Program-made: the position numbers and the translations under genes
Assembly (NCBI GenBank): GCA_963789135.1
Contig: CAWBJJ010000002.1
Span: forward strand, 355,701-419,700
Length of the DNA stretch: 64,000 nt
Origin: an uncultured Acidobacteriota bacterium
GTDB taxonomy: Bacteria; Actinomycetota; Acidimicrobiia; Spongiisociales; ZC4RG35
Direction: 5' to 3'
The notes under the pieces: generated by a model
What the model was told of the DNA's origin: nothing
What the model saw: the letters and a program-made list of their open reading frames with translations, nothing else
The model's database searches: none
Part shown: one piece after another, positions 52,632-64,000 of the stretch
Layout: each line of letters begins with the position of its first letter
Position numbering within the stretch: the stretch's first letter is position 1

Positions 52632-54637
52632 TTGGACCTCAATACCCCCGAGCTGACACGGATTTTCCGCGAGGAACTGGACGAGAGGTCCGGTCGCCTC
52701 GTGGCTGGCGCGCGCGCACTCGCAGAGGGCACACTCGATCCAGCGTGGGTCCCGGACCTGGTGCGGGACGCCCACACCATCAAGGGCTCGGCCGGGCTCC
52801 TCGGATACCAGTCGATCCGCGACGTCGCTTCGCGGCTCGAACAGCTGTGGCGCCTGGTCGCCGACGGGCATGACCACGATCCCGACGTGATGTCCGCGAT
52901 GGAGTCGGCCGCCGGGTCGCTGCTCGCTTCCACCTCGGAGGACCTCGAAGTCGAGCTCGAGTGATCTCGACCGACCGGCTCACCGGAGGGATCGAAGCCA
53001 CCAGCACGGTTCCCGATGCCATCCTCGATCCGGAAGCCGGACCCGGGGAGTCTCGGCGGGCTGCTCTCCGGCGTCTCCGAGTCCCTGCTCGGCGGGGCGA
53101 CCCGGGTGGACACCGGCGACCTCTATCGCCTGATCAATCGGATCGTCGAGGTCGCCCTCGACACCGAGGCCCTCGCCGACCTCGCCCTGGTCTCTTTCGA
53201 AGGCTCCGACCCGTCGGTGATCCGGAAGTCGTGGCGGGGCCAGCTGGAGCGTCTCAGTGGGTCCATCGGTGACATCCAGGACCAGGCTGTCGCGCTGGCG
53301 AATGTCTCGTTCCGGGAGGCGGTTGTCGACCTTCCCCCAGTTCGTCCGATATCTGGGTCGGCGCATGGGCAAGGACGTGCGGTTCGAGATCATCGGGGAC
53401 GACGTCCAGCTCGACCGCCAGATCGTCGATCTGCTTCGCGAGCCGCTGCGCCACCTCCTCGTCAACGCTGTCGACCACGGGATCGAGGAAGCGTGCAGAC
53501 CGGGTGGCAGTTGGCAAGAGCGGCGACTGGAGTGGTGAGGATCGCCGCCAGGGAAGTCGACGAGGGGATCGAGGTCTCGGTGTCCGACGACGGTGCCGGG
53601 ATCGACTGGGACCTGGTGGCGTCGATCGCAGTTCGCAACGAGCTCCCATTCGACCTGTCTCCGCTGCTGTTCCAGCCCGGGTTCTCCACAAACGACACGG
53701 TGACCGATTTCTCGGGCACCGGGGAGGGGCTGGCCGCGGCCCGTGACTCGGTCGAGCGGGTTCACGGCGTCGTCCACATCGAGTCGATCCGGGGGCAGGG
53801 CACCACAGTGACCATGACCCTGCCGATGTCGATGGTGCTCCAGAACGTAGTGGTGGTCGCGGCAGGCGACCTGTTCTGGGGCTTCCCCGAGACTTCAATC
53901 GAGGCGGCGATGCCCCTCTCCCAGGCCGAGATCAAGCAGACCAAGGGCGGGCGCGAGCTCCACTTCGAGAGTGGCGCCATCCCATGCGTCTCGCTGTCTG
54001 CGGCGGTGGGCTCGGGTGAGGACGACGACGAGTCGGAGTTGCTCATCATGAACACCCGGCTCGGCCTGGTCGCCGTGACCGTCGACGAGTTGATCGATCG
54101 TCGCCGGGTCGCGGTGAAGAATCTGGGGCCGATCCTCGAGGGCCCGGGCCATGTGACCGGGGCCGCGCTGCTCGGAGCCGGGGAGGTGCTCGTGGTCCTC
54201 GATCCCAACTTCCTGGGAGTGCTCGCCCGCAGGCGTCCACGCGGTGGTGGGTCGGCGCCCGAGGATCCTCGTCGTGGACGACTCGGCCGGGGTGCGCCAG
54301 TTGCTTTCGGCGACCCTCAACGGAGCCGGCTTCGAAGTCCAGGTGGCGGGCGGTGCCCGCGACGCCGTCATGGCAATGGCCGAAGGCGAGTTCGACGCGA
54401 TGGTCGTCGACTACTCGATGCCCCGTTCCAATGGGGTGGAACTGGTCCGAGCGATGCGGGCGGCCGACGTCCGGGTGCCGATCGTGATGGTCTCCGGAGT
54501 CGCCACCCAGGAGGAGAAGCGCGCCGCCTGGGAGGTTGGAGTCAACGCATATCTCGACAAGTTCGACCTTCGCCAGGGAGTCCTCACGAGTACTCTGCGC
54601 CGCCTTGATCGGCCTCGAGGAAGTGGATACCGCCTGA
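52632..54637 (+). CDS. CheA-like hybrid kinase: Hpt-dimerisation-HATPase-CheW-REC (frameshifted)
   Basis: Hpt RDAHTIKGSAGLLG; REPLRHLLVNAVDHGIE, DDGAGID, FQPGFST; CheW-like VKNLGP...GAALLGAGEVLVVLD; REC LVVDDS...VVDYSMP...YLDK. Confidence 0.87.
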
Positions 54638-54649
54638 GGGCCGCGGACC

Positions 54650-54677
54650 TTCAGAGGGCCCCCGATGTTCCCGATAA
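54650..54677 (+). promoter_or_regulatory. Sigma-28-like promoter before the minimal histidine kinase
   Basis: TTCA-N16-CCCGATAA, 10 nt before ATG 54688. Confidence 0.58.
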
Positions 54678-54687
54678 AACGATCAGG

Positions 54688-55619
54688 ATGTTTGACCAGC
54701 TCTCTGTCACCCAGGTGCTGGCCTATCTCCTTCCGGCGGTGGGCGTGGCATGTGTCATCTGGGCCCTTGCCATCACGCGGCAGGGTCGTCAGCGGGAGCG
54801 CGAGGTGGTCCGGCTCTCCGAGGAGGCGCACCGGATCAAAGACGACTTCGTGGCGATGGTCAGCCACGAGCTGCGGACTCCTCTGACATCGATCGCAGGG
54901 TTCGCCGACACACTCGTCGATTCGTGGCACGAGCTCCCCGACGAGGAAGTCGACGAGTTTCTGTCGATCATCAATCGCCAGGCGATCTACCTGGGGGATC
55001 TCGTCGAGGACGTGCTGGTGATTCCCCGACTCGAGGCGGACCGCCTCCGTTTCCAGTCCGAGCTGTTCGATCTCGGCGACCTGATCGAGGACGTCGCCAA
55101 GATGGTGTTCCCGAACGGCGGCAAGAAGACCTCGTTGGTCTCACTCCCCGACGGAGTGCGGGTCAAGGCCGACCGGCGTCGGGTGCAGCAGGTGATCCGC
55201 AACCTCATGGAAAATGCCCGCAAGTACGGGGGCGACCAGATCATGGTCGAGGGCTTCGTCATGGGCGACCAGTACCTGATCATCATCTCGGACAATGGTC
55301 CCGGCGTCCCCGATGAGGAGACTCAGAAGGTCTTCGAGAACTTCGAGCAGCTGTCCAAGGGTGACGCCCGGGAGGCCACCGGGATCGGGCTCGGCCTTGC
55401 CTATCGCGAGACGGCTGGCCAGGGCCATGGGTGGCGAGGTCTGGTACGAGCGACGGTTCCCCACCGGCGCTCGCTTCTGTTACAGCCTTGCCGCTGCGCA
55501 GGCGCACGGTCGTTGGCGAAGACGGCCGCCCCGAGGTCGCCGACGATCCGAGCCAGGCCGAGGTCGATCTCGGCGAGCCGGCAATCGATCGATCACCGTC
55601 AGAGGACCGGCAGGCCTGA
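54688..55619 (+). CDS. Single-TM HisKA/HATPase sensor kinase with no sensor domain (C-terminal frameshifts)
   Basis: TM, MVSHELRTPLTSI, NLMENARKYG, DNGPGV, GIGLGL. Confidence 0.85.
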
Positions 55620-55754
55620 CGGGTCGGAGCCGTCTTGGAAGAAGCCTGCCGGCTCTTCAGGACCGCATGCGGTCGGAACACGCGGATCGGGATTCCTTCG
55701 TGATGATCACACCGTTGTGATTCAGTCGATGCCCGCCGGTACCATCGCCAGCAG

Positions 55755-57991
55755 ATGCAGGCTGAGTGGTTTCTCGATGACGTTCCGGCCGAGTCCCCGC
55801 TCTTTGCCGACCTCAACCCCACACAGCGAGAAGCGGTAGCGGCAACCGAGGGCCCGGTGCTGGTGGTCGCAGGGGCTGGCTCGGGCAAGACCCGGGTGCT
55901 CACTTATCGCATCGCACATCTGATCCGAGACCTCCGTGTACCGCCGGACTCGATCCTGGCAATCACCTTCACCAACAAAGCGGCCAACGAGATGAAGGGC
56001 CGGGTCGGTGCCCTGGTCGGCGGCGCGGTCCGGTCGATGTGGGTGTCCACCTTCCACTCTGCGTGCGTGCGCAGTCCTTCGGCGCGAGGCTTCCCGGCTC
56101 GGATACAGGTCGGGGTTCTCGATCTACGACGAGGCCGACTCGGTGCGCCTGATCAACCTGGTGCTCAAGGACCTCGAGCTCGATCCCGAAGCGCTTCCCG
56201 CCCAAGGCGATGAAGAATGTGATCTCGAAGGCCAAGAACGAGTTGATCGACTACGAGTCGTTCGCCGACCAGGGCGAGGGCTTCTATCACGAGCAGGTCG
56301 CTGACGTGTACCGGCTCTACCAACAGCGGTTGCTCGAGGCGTCGGCGATGGACTTCGACGATCTGTTGATGGTCACGGTCGAGCTCTTCGGCGCCTTTCC
56401 CGACGTCCTCGCCCAGTACCAGCAGCGCTTCCGATACGTGCTGGTCGACGAGTACCAGGACACCAATCGCGCCCAGTACGTCCTGGTCAAGCAACTCACC
56501 GCCGCCCATCGCAACCTGTGCGTGGTCGGCGACTCCGACCAGTCGATCTACGGTTTCGAGGGCGCGGATATCCGCAACATCACCGATTTCGAGAAGGACT
56601 ACCCCGACGCCCGGGTGATCGTCCTCGATCAGAACTATCGCTCCACGGAGACCATCCTCGACGCCGCCAACTCGATCATCTCCAACAACACCAAGCGCAC
56701 CCCGAAGAACCTGTGGTCGGACAAGGGACGCGGAGTCCCGATCACCCGCTATGAGGCCGAGGACGAGCACGACGAGGCCGGCTATGTCGTCGACGAGATC
56801 GAGCGTCTCAAGACCGCCGGCCACAACCTCTCCGATGTTGCGGTCTTCTATCGGACCAACGCCATGTCTCGCGTGATCGAGGACGTCTTCGTTCGCCGCG
56901 GCATGCCCTACAGCGTGGTCGGGTCGGTGAAGTTCTACGACCGCAAGGAGATCAAGGACGCGGTCGCCTATCTGCGGACGGTGGTCAATCCCCAGGATGA
57001 GGTCTCGGTGAAGCGGATCATCAACGAGCCGCGCCGGGGTATCGGTGACACCACCATCGCCCATGTCGACCGGTTCTCCCAGGCCCAGGGCGATCGGGTT
57101 CTTCGACTGCGTTGCGCCGGGCCGGTGAGATCAGCCAACTGAACGGGAGGGCGGTGGCAGCGATCGGCGAATTCGTGGCGGTGATCGACCGCATCACCGA
57201 GGAGGCGACGGAAGGTGGGCGTCTCGGCCGCAGTGCAATCGGTCCTGGACGACACCGGGATGCTGGCCACTCTCGAGGCGGAGAAGACCATCGAGGCGAT
57301 GGGCAGGGTGGAGAACCTCAAGGAGCTCGTGGGCGTGGCCACCGAGTTCGAGGGTGCCAACGAAGGCGCGGTGATCGGTGACGAGGAGTTCGACTCGCTG
57401 CCCAATCTGCGCCGACTCGAAGTGTTCCTGGAGTCGACTGCGTTGGTCGCCGACATCGACGAGTGGGACGAGGGTGCAGGGGCTGTGACCTTGATGACGT
57501 TGCACACCGCAAAGGGCCTCGAGTTTCCGGCGGTGTTCATGGTCGGGCATGGAGGACGGTGTGTTCCCCCACATGCGGTCGCTGGGTGACCCCTCCGAGT
57601 TGGAGGAGGAGCGTCGCCTCGCCTACGTCGGGATCACGAGGGCACAGGAGAGCCTGTACCTGACCTCTGCGTGGAGCCGGCTGCTGTTCGGCGGCTCCAA
57701 CTACAACCCACCGTCGCGCTTTCTGACCGAGATCCCCGACGCGCCTGATGTCCAAGGCGGGAAAGCGTGAGCGACGAACGTCCTCGGAGAGGGCGGCGGC
57801 AGTCGGGCCGCGAACCACGGTCAGCTTCGGATGAGATCGGCCCCGGAGATCGGGTCCGTCACGACCGTTGGGGGCTGGGAACCGTGCGCGAAGTGGTCGG
57901 CACCGGCGATCGCGCCGAGGCCGAGGTGATGTTCGACACTCAGGGCAAGAAGCGGCTGCTCCTGGCGTGGGCTCCCTTGGAACGGGCGTGA
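55755..57991 (+). CDS. pcrA: ATP-dependent DNA helicase PcrA/UvrD (frameshifted)
   Basis: [70 protein letters not shown], Tudor-like tail. Confidence 0.95.
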
Positions 57992-58440
57992 CCACTTTTC
58001 AGGCGCCCCTCGAGGAGGCGCCGCGGGGCGGGGCGTACGTGACGATTCCGCCGCAGGTGGTCGAGGAGCTCGGAGGAGGCGGCCGGATCCCGGTGGTCGC
58101 CAGCTTCAATGGGGTGGACTATCGGGGAAGCATCGTTCGCATGGGCGACCGGTCTGTGCTCGGGGTGCTCAAGTCGATCCGGGAAGGCCTTGGCAAAGGT
58201 CCCGGCGATGTGCTGGATGTCGAGGTCGAGCGCGACCAGGCAGAGCGGGATGTCGAAGTCCCCAAAGAGCTGACCGCAGCCCTCAAGGCCAATCCGGCGG
58301 CGCGGAAGGCGTTCGAAGCCCTCAGCCACAGCCACCGCCGGGAGCACTCCATATACGTCGCCGAGGCCAAGAAGTCGGAGACCAGGGAACGGCGGGCACT
58401 CAAGACGGTGGACTCGCTGTTGGCCCGGCGCGGGACCTGA
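57988..58440 (+). CDS. DUF1905 + YdeI/OmpD-associated family protein
   Basis: GGGGRIPVVASFNG...VLKSIREGLGKGPGD...VPKELTAAL...LSHSHRREH...AKKSETRERR. Confidence 0.88.
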   Translation: MTTFQAPLEEAPRGGAYVTIPPQVVEELGGGGRIPVVASFNGVDYRGSIVRMGDRSVLGVLKSIREGLGKGPGDVLDVEVERDQAERDVEVPKELTAALKANPAARKAFEALSHSHRREHSIYVAEAKKSETRERRALKTVDSLLARRGT

Positions 58441-58466
58441 CTGGTCAGGGTATTAACTTGTAGACC

Positions 58467-58880
58467 GTGTTCAGAGAGCTGTTCAAGACCTTCCGCCACA
58501 TGTGGCACGAGCCGGAGGGTCGGGGCCTGATCTTGGGCTTCATCGGCATCATCACGGCGGGGACGGTCTTCTACGCGACCTTCGAGGACTGGTCACTGAT
58601 CAGCGCCCTCTACTTCACGGTGGTGATGCTGACGACAGTTGGTTTCGGCGACCTGCATCCGACAACCGACTTCACAAGGGCAGTAACCGTCGTGTTCATC
58701 ATCGTCGGTGTGGCCTTCATCCTCGGATTCCTCAACTTCATAATGAGCCGAACGATGCAACGGCGAGCCGAGGACAAGTACGGCAAGGAGATCAAAATCG
58801 GCGTGTTGCCTGCGGTGGAGGTCAAGCCGGTCGACCAAAGTCCGGGTGCCAACTCAGAAGGTACTGACGATCCAGGCTGA
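58467..58880 (+). CDS. Two-TM potassium channel (KcsA/Ion_trans_2 type)
   Basis: ALYFTVVMLTTVGFGDLHP pore signature between two TMs. Confidence 0.9.
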   Translation: MFRELFKTFRHMWHEPEGRGLILGFIGIITAGTVFYATFEDWSLISALYFTVVMLTTVGFGDLHPTTDFTRAVTVVFIIVGVAFILGFLNFIMSRTMQRRAEDKYGKEIKIGVLPAVEVKPVDQSPGANSEGTDDPG

Positions 58881-60052
58881 GTCGGCACCACAAGTGTTTC
58901 CCTCGAGCGGGCCGACCCCCACATTGCCCCCGCCTAGCTCCAACTGGTCGCCCTCGGTGGCGGTCGCAGCTCCGTCGAAGTCGTACACGGTCACCGGATT
59001 GCTGGTGGCCGAGTACCCGAACGGCCAGACCGGCACCATCCTCTCGGTCGCGCTCGGTTCTGTGAAGTAGATGCAGTTCATCGCGGGGTCGTAGTTGACG
59101 GTGAAGTAGCCCAGAGCAGCCATGCCACCCGCGTTGCGGACGTTGCTGGTGAGGATCTCGACGTCCCCCTCCACGATCGGCCTCGGAGTCCGGCATCGCC
59201 GCAAGGTCGTCCTCGAGTAGCTCGATGAAGGGAAAGAGCAACCACCCTGTCTCCGACCAGCTCGGTGAGGGCGTCGCGGGTCGGGGCGTCGATTTGCTCC
59301 ACGAACAGGTTGATCCGATTTTCCAGCCCTCCGACGGCATACCCCGGCGTGGCCAGCGGCTGGCCGGCGCTGTCGCGGAAGCCCTGGATCAGGTTCGATG
59401 CTTCATCGAGCTCGGCCCGGGAGAACCGGGCACCCCCTGCAACGCACACCGGCTCGCCGGCTGCCAAGGCATCGATGGCATCTTGGTGAACGGAGACGTC
59501 GTCGCCCTTGAACCAGACGGTGAGAACGGCGGTCTCACGGTCCCACCACATCTCGACGAAGGCAGGCTGCTGTTCGACATAGGCCCCGATCGCAGCCTGC
59601 AGTTGCTCAGCAGGGTTGACCGAGGGAGTGCCTCGGAGCTCGGGACATCGGCTGTCGAACTCGGGCTCGTCGAGGAGCGGGTAGTCGATGGCTTCAGGAG
59701 CGGAGGACGGAGCCAGAGCCGATCCGTCGTAGGTGCCGGTTACCTGAATCACGACCGGGTCGCCATCATTGGAGATCATCGCCGGGTCGATCTCGCCGTC
59801 GAGAACGATGCCGGGACAGGGCCCGGTGGTGCCGGGCGGGCACAACTCGACCGATCCGTCGGGTTGGGTGACGGCAGAGGCGGTGATGGTCACGGCGACG
59901 CCTTCTCCGGACGTTGGCACCGGCTCGGTGGTCGAGGGAGGGATGGTGGTTGCCGAGGGCAAGGAGGCGTCCGGGGTGGCTATCGGTACAGGCCCGGCGC
60001 CGCAGGCGGCGACGAGAAGAGCGACTGTGATGATGGCCGCTCGAACCTTCAT
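58854..60052 (-). CDS. Hypothetical lipoprotein (frameshifts ~59180-59240)
   Basis: MKVRAAIITVALLVAAC lipobox, Pro/Thr linker, Cys pairs, C-terminal PVWPFGYSA...LELGGG domain. Confidence 0.65.
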
Positions 60053-60154
60053 GGTTCTATGACGACAGGCAATACAGCATGGTTCCACTCACCGACGCGG
60101 ACAGATCCAAGATCGACCGGGAGAGATTCTTGGGAGGCACCTTCGTCCGTGTGA

Positions 60155-60619
60155 TCACTCGGCCGAGCACACGACCGCCACTGACCAGTCGGCACCGGGG
60201 ACGACCTGATGCTCGGCGCTTGCGGTCACCAACTCGGTACCAGGTTCGATCTGCTCTCGCGTTTGATGAGTCGAAGCGGAGTGGACCATGTCGCTCTCCT
60301 GACCACTCGTGTAGATGTAAATCTCCGATTCACCGCCCATGAGTTGGTACACGATCATTGTCTGGATCCCGTGAAACTCGAGATCCTGGACGTCGCCAAC
60401 GCCTGATGCCGGGTCGAGCGGGAACGCCAGATCCTCGCTGTAGACGGGCTCATCGCTCAGGGTGTGGTCATAGCCGGAGACCCGGCAAACCAGCCTGGTC
60501 GCGGACACGAGAGGTGCCGTCTCACTAGGGACAGCCTCGGTCGGGGAGGGCGACGCACAGGCGGTCGTCAAGAGGCACGAGAGCACCACGCTGATCCAAC
60601 TCCGGCGCGGACGGGTCAA
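60155..60619 (-). CDS. Hypothetical lipoprotein
   Basis: TTGA overlap with the upstream stop; [21 protein letters not shown] lipobox. Confidence 0.6.
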   Translation of the reverse strand: MTRPRRSWISVVLSCLLTTACASPSPTEAVPSETAPLVSATRLVCRVSGYDHTLSDEPVYSEDLAFPLDPASGVGDVQDLEFHGIQTMIVYQLMGGESEIYIYTSGQESDMVHSASTHQTREQIEPGTELVTASAEHQVVPGADWSVAVVCSAE

Positions 60620-61157
60620 CGACTTCCGTTGCGTGCCAGGTTTCTCCACGGGTGCTCGATTGGCAGGTGTTCCCAGAGGAACGCCCGGGCCTCTGCTGCC
60701 AGTTCCGGGATCACTTGGGCGGCGTCCTCGTCGTCCTTGGGCCGGGTGGCCTTGCTCTTGAACAAGAGCTGGAGGTCCGGCGCCAGGTAAGGCACTGCGT
60801 CCGGCGTATGAAAGACCGCCTCCTCCCAGGTCCGGGTGATCATGGGGTCCCGGCGGTACACCCACCTCGCACTGCTGCCAGCGCCGACGGTCAGGTCGAT
60901 CGCCCATCCCAGATCGGGTGAGCGACGGGCCCACACGTTGTTCGAGGCTCTCATGGAAGTCCCATCCGGTCAGCAGAAGTCCGGGCGGCATCCAGGTCAT
61001 CCCGACAGATCCCGACGTCGATGTCATCGTGGTCTCTCCACGATCTCCCGAGGTGCAGCTCCAGGGCGTGACCTCCGCAAAACCACCACCGGAACGGCGC
61101 GTCACGAAACAAGGTGACGGCTTCGCCAACCGTCAGAGGCTCCCAGTTGTCGCTCAG
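60616..61157 (-). CDS. Nucleotidyltransferase of the aminoglycoside-2''-adenylyltransferase-like family (frameshifted)
   Basis: [14 protein letters not shown]...[29 protein letters not shown]...RPKDDED. Confidence 0.75.
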
Positions 61158-62251
61158 GCCTGGTCCACGCTTTCCAGAAGCTCGTGCCAGCTCTTGGTGA
61201 ACTTGTCGACGCCCTCTTCTTCGAGCACGCGGACCACGTCGTCGTAGTCGACTCCGACCTCTCCAAGATGGTCGAGGTCATGGCGGGCGGCCTCGATGTC
61301 GTCGGTGCCGAATTGGGTGGCGAAGGGTCGCCGTGGTCCTGATAGGCGTCGATGGTGGGAAGCGGCATCGTGTTGACCGTGTCCCGGGCCACCAGGTTCT
61401 CGACGTAGATCAGGTCCGGGTACTCGGGGTTCTTGGTCGAGGTCGATGCCCACAACGGCTTCTGGACTCGGGCGCCGGCGGCAGCAAGCTCACGAAATCG
61501 GTCCGACCCGAAACTCTACGAGGAACATCCCATAGGCGACCCGGGCATTGGCCACCGCGGTCACGCCTCGCAGGGCGAGTGCCTCGTCGCTGCCGACCGC
61601 CTCCAGCCGGGGGTCGACCTCGGTGTCGAATCGGGACACGAAGAACGAAGCCACGGAAGCGATCGCCGCGAGGTCCCCTCCCGCGGCAGCGAAGTCCTCG
61701 AGCCCTGAGAGGTAGGCGTCCATGACTTGGCCGTAACTCGTCAGCGAGAAGATCAGGGTCACATTCACGGAGATCCCCTCGCCGATCAGGGCCCGGATCG
61801 CGGGGACTCCTTCGGGTGTCGCCGGCACCTTGACCAGGAGGTTGGGACGACTGATCTGCTTCACCCAGTCCCGGGCCTCGGCCACCGTGGCATCGGTCTC
61901 TCCGGCCAGCGTGGGGGAGACCTCGACCGAGACGAAACCGTCGCTTCCGCCGGTGGCTTCGAACACCGGGGCCAGGACCTCACATCCTCGCTGGATGTCC
62001 GACGCCATCAGGCTCCGCGCCACCTCCTCGGTGGACAGTCCGGTGGACTTCAGATCGCGCAGCTGGGCCTCGTAGTCATCGGATCCGACGATGGCGCCGG
62101 CAAAGATCGTCGGGTTCGAGGTCACCCCGCTCACCGCATCGCGCTCCACACGTCGGGCCAGTTCGCCCGAGTCGAGCATCGAGCGGGAGATCTGATCAGA
62201 CCAAACCGACACCCCGGCTTCGATCAGGCCATGGATCCTCGAGCTCGCCAT
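61154..62251 (-). CDS. tal: Transaldolase (actinobacterial type, frameshifted)
   Basis: [69 protein letters not shown]. Confidence 0.94.
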
Positions 62252-62309
62252 GACCCAATGGTACGGCGGTTTGCAGATACCCCGTCCCAACTAGCCTCTC
62301 GCTCCGCGC

Positions 62310-62721
62310 ATGCCTCGCCGCATCCTCATCGCAAAGCCCGGACTCGACGGCCACGACCGAGGCGCCAAGGTGATCGCGAGGACGCTTCGCGATGCCGGCT
62401 TCGAAGTCATCTACTCCGGGCTGCACCAGACTCCGGCGCAGATCGCAGAGACCGCGGTTCAGGAGGACGTCGACGCCGTGGGGCTCTCATCCCTTTCCGG
62501 CGCACACCGCACTCTCTTCCCCCAGGTGGTCCAGGAGTTGGCGTCACGTGACGCATCGGACATCATCGTGTTTGGTGGCGGTGTGATCCCCGACGCCGAT
62601 ATCCCGGCTCTCGAGGAGGGCGGGTTGGCGCGCGGTGTTCACTCCGGGCGCCCCCCTGGATGAGATCGCGGCGTGGGTCGACGAGAACGTGCCCTCCCGG
62701 TTCGAGAAAGGAACCAATTGA
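62310..62721 (+). CDS. Methylmalonyl-CoA mutase-family cobalamin-binding subunit
   Basis: [14 protein letters not shown] (DxHxxG), [16 protein letters not shown]. Confidence 0.92.
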
Positions 62722-63944
62722 AGATCCATGAGTACCAGGCGAAGGAGCTGATGGCAGCCCACGGCATTCCCGTTCCCATCGGGCGCATGGTCACCACGCC
62801 CGAAGAGGCAGCCGCGGCCGTAGCCCCTCTCATCGAGGAGTCCGGCAACCCGGTGGTTGTGCTCAAGTCCCAGATCCATGCCGGGGGAAGGGGCAAGGGC
62901 ACCTTCGTCGAGCACCCCGAGACCCGTGGGGTGAACGTCGTGACCGAAGGCATCGACGGCGGGCCCGGAAGCGGCGGCCGCCAAGGTCGGCGAGCTGGCC
63001 TCGAAGATGCTGGGCTCGACGCTGGTGACGATCCAGACCGGGGATGAGGGCAAGGTCGTGAACCGGCTCTACCTGGAGCAGGGGATCGACATCGACCGCG
63101 AGCTCTACCTTGCGGTGCTCCTCGACCGCGGGAGTGGGACGGAACATCGTCATGGCTTCGACCCAGGGTGGGATGGAGATCGAGAAGGTGGCTGAGGAGA
63201 CTCCTGAGTTGATCCTGCGGGAAGAGGTCGATCCTGCCATCGGCCTCGCCCAGTTCCAGGCCAACGAGCTGGCCTTCGGCCTGGAGCTCACCGGAGAAGT
63301 CGCCGACAGCTTCGAGACCTTCGTGCGCGACCTCGCCGATCTGGCCATCGAGTTGGACACCGACCTGATCGAGATCAACCCGCTGGTGGTGACCAAGTCG
63401 GGACAAGTGATTGCCCTCGACGGGAAGATGGCGTTCGACGACAACGCACTCTTTCGTCATCACGAGGTGGCGGCGATGCGAGACGAGAGTGAGGAGGACC
63501 CGGCCGAGGTCGCGGCCAAGGACGCCGGGCTCAACTACATCAAGCTCGACGGCACGATCGGCTGCCTGGTCAACGGGGCCGGGCTGGCGATGGCAACCAT
63601 GGACACCATCAAGCACGTCGGTGGGGAGCCGGCCAACTTCCTCGATGTCGGGGGTGGCGCCGACGCCGATCAGGTGGCGACCGGGTTCCAGATAATCACC
63701 AGCGACCCCAACGTGAAGGGGCATCTTCGTCAACATCTTCGGCGGGATCATGCGATGTGACGTCATCGCCACGGGGATCGTCGAGGCCGTGGAGCGAGTA
63801 GGGCTCTCGGTCCCGCTCGTGGTCCGGCTCGAAGGCACCAACGTGGAAAAGGGCCGCCAGATTCTGAACGAATCGGGCCTGGACGTGGTCGCCGCCGAGG
63901 ATCTCAGGGACGGCGCCGAGAAGATCCTGGAGCTCACCCGATGA
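62718..63944 (+). CDS. sucC: Succinyl-CoA synthetase beta subunit (frameshifted)
   Basis: [54 protein letters not shown]. Confidence 0.95.
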
Positions 63945-64000
63945 GCATCCTGGTCGACGAGAGCACAAAGGTCCTGGTCCAGGGCCTGGGGAAGACCGGT
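63941..64000 (+). CDS. sucD: Succinyl-CoA synthetase alpha subunit (5' end only)
   Basis: ATGA overlap with sucC; [15 protein letters not shown]. Confidence 0.88.
   Translation, partial: MSILVDESTKVLVQGLGKTG

Noticed and set aside
54244-55839. 531-aa REC-TM-HisKA fusion in the ORF track
   Set aside because: It is an artefact of a frameshift near 54605. The REC domain belongs to the CheA-like gene (stop 54637), and the kinase has its own promoter-like motif and ATG at 54688.
42729-61157. Beta-lactamase-like and aminoglycoside-nucleotidyltransferase-like genes as resistance determinants
   Set aside because: Only family-level motifs are visible. Both families are widespread with other functions and there is no mobile context.

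Overview
High-GC (roughly two-thirds, estimated by eye) actinobacterial DNA, most consistent with Acidimicrobiia from the gene content: two nuo clusters, guaB3-guaA-pcrA-sucCD, SigF/SigB-type sigma factors and leaderless promoters. Many genes, including essential ones (pcrA, sucC, guaB3, moaA, tal), are broken by single-base indels. These look like long-read or consensus errors, so I reconstructed genes across frames and their ends are approximate. Contents in order: the 3' end of one complex I operon (nuoLMN); ArsR/SRPBCC; a LacI-regulated arabinoside/xyloside ABC + GH3 + GH51 locus; moaA; an Fe(III) ABC transporter; a ~10 kb partner-switching island (2 SigF/SigB-type sigmas, 5 anti-sigma-like HATPases, 2 STAS proteins, GAF-ANTAR, a NIT-PP2C fusion, csbD); a second, intact 11-gene nuoABCDHIJKLMN operon lacking nuoEFG; trpS, guaB3, guaA; an orphan CheA-like hybrid kinase and two orphan histidine kinases; pcrA, tal, an MCM B12-binding subunit and sucCD. 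The most striking unexplained structure is at five operon junctions (nuoL1-nuoM1, nuoD-H, nuoJ-K, nuoK-L, guaB3-guaA). Each holds a 70-150 bp repeat-derived insert (heptamer tandem repeats or a shared hairpin element). Each insert reads as a 24-51 aa connector ORF whose ATG overlaps the upstream stop and whose stop overlaps the downstream start, as if it preserves translational coupling. I also see a dispersed GTTT-N15/16-GGGTA(T/A/G)-type promoter regulon feeding unannotated small proteins, including a metallothionein-like peptide, and sigma-28-like promoters ahead of the orphan kinases. No rRNA, tRNA, CRISPR or transposase was seen.
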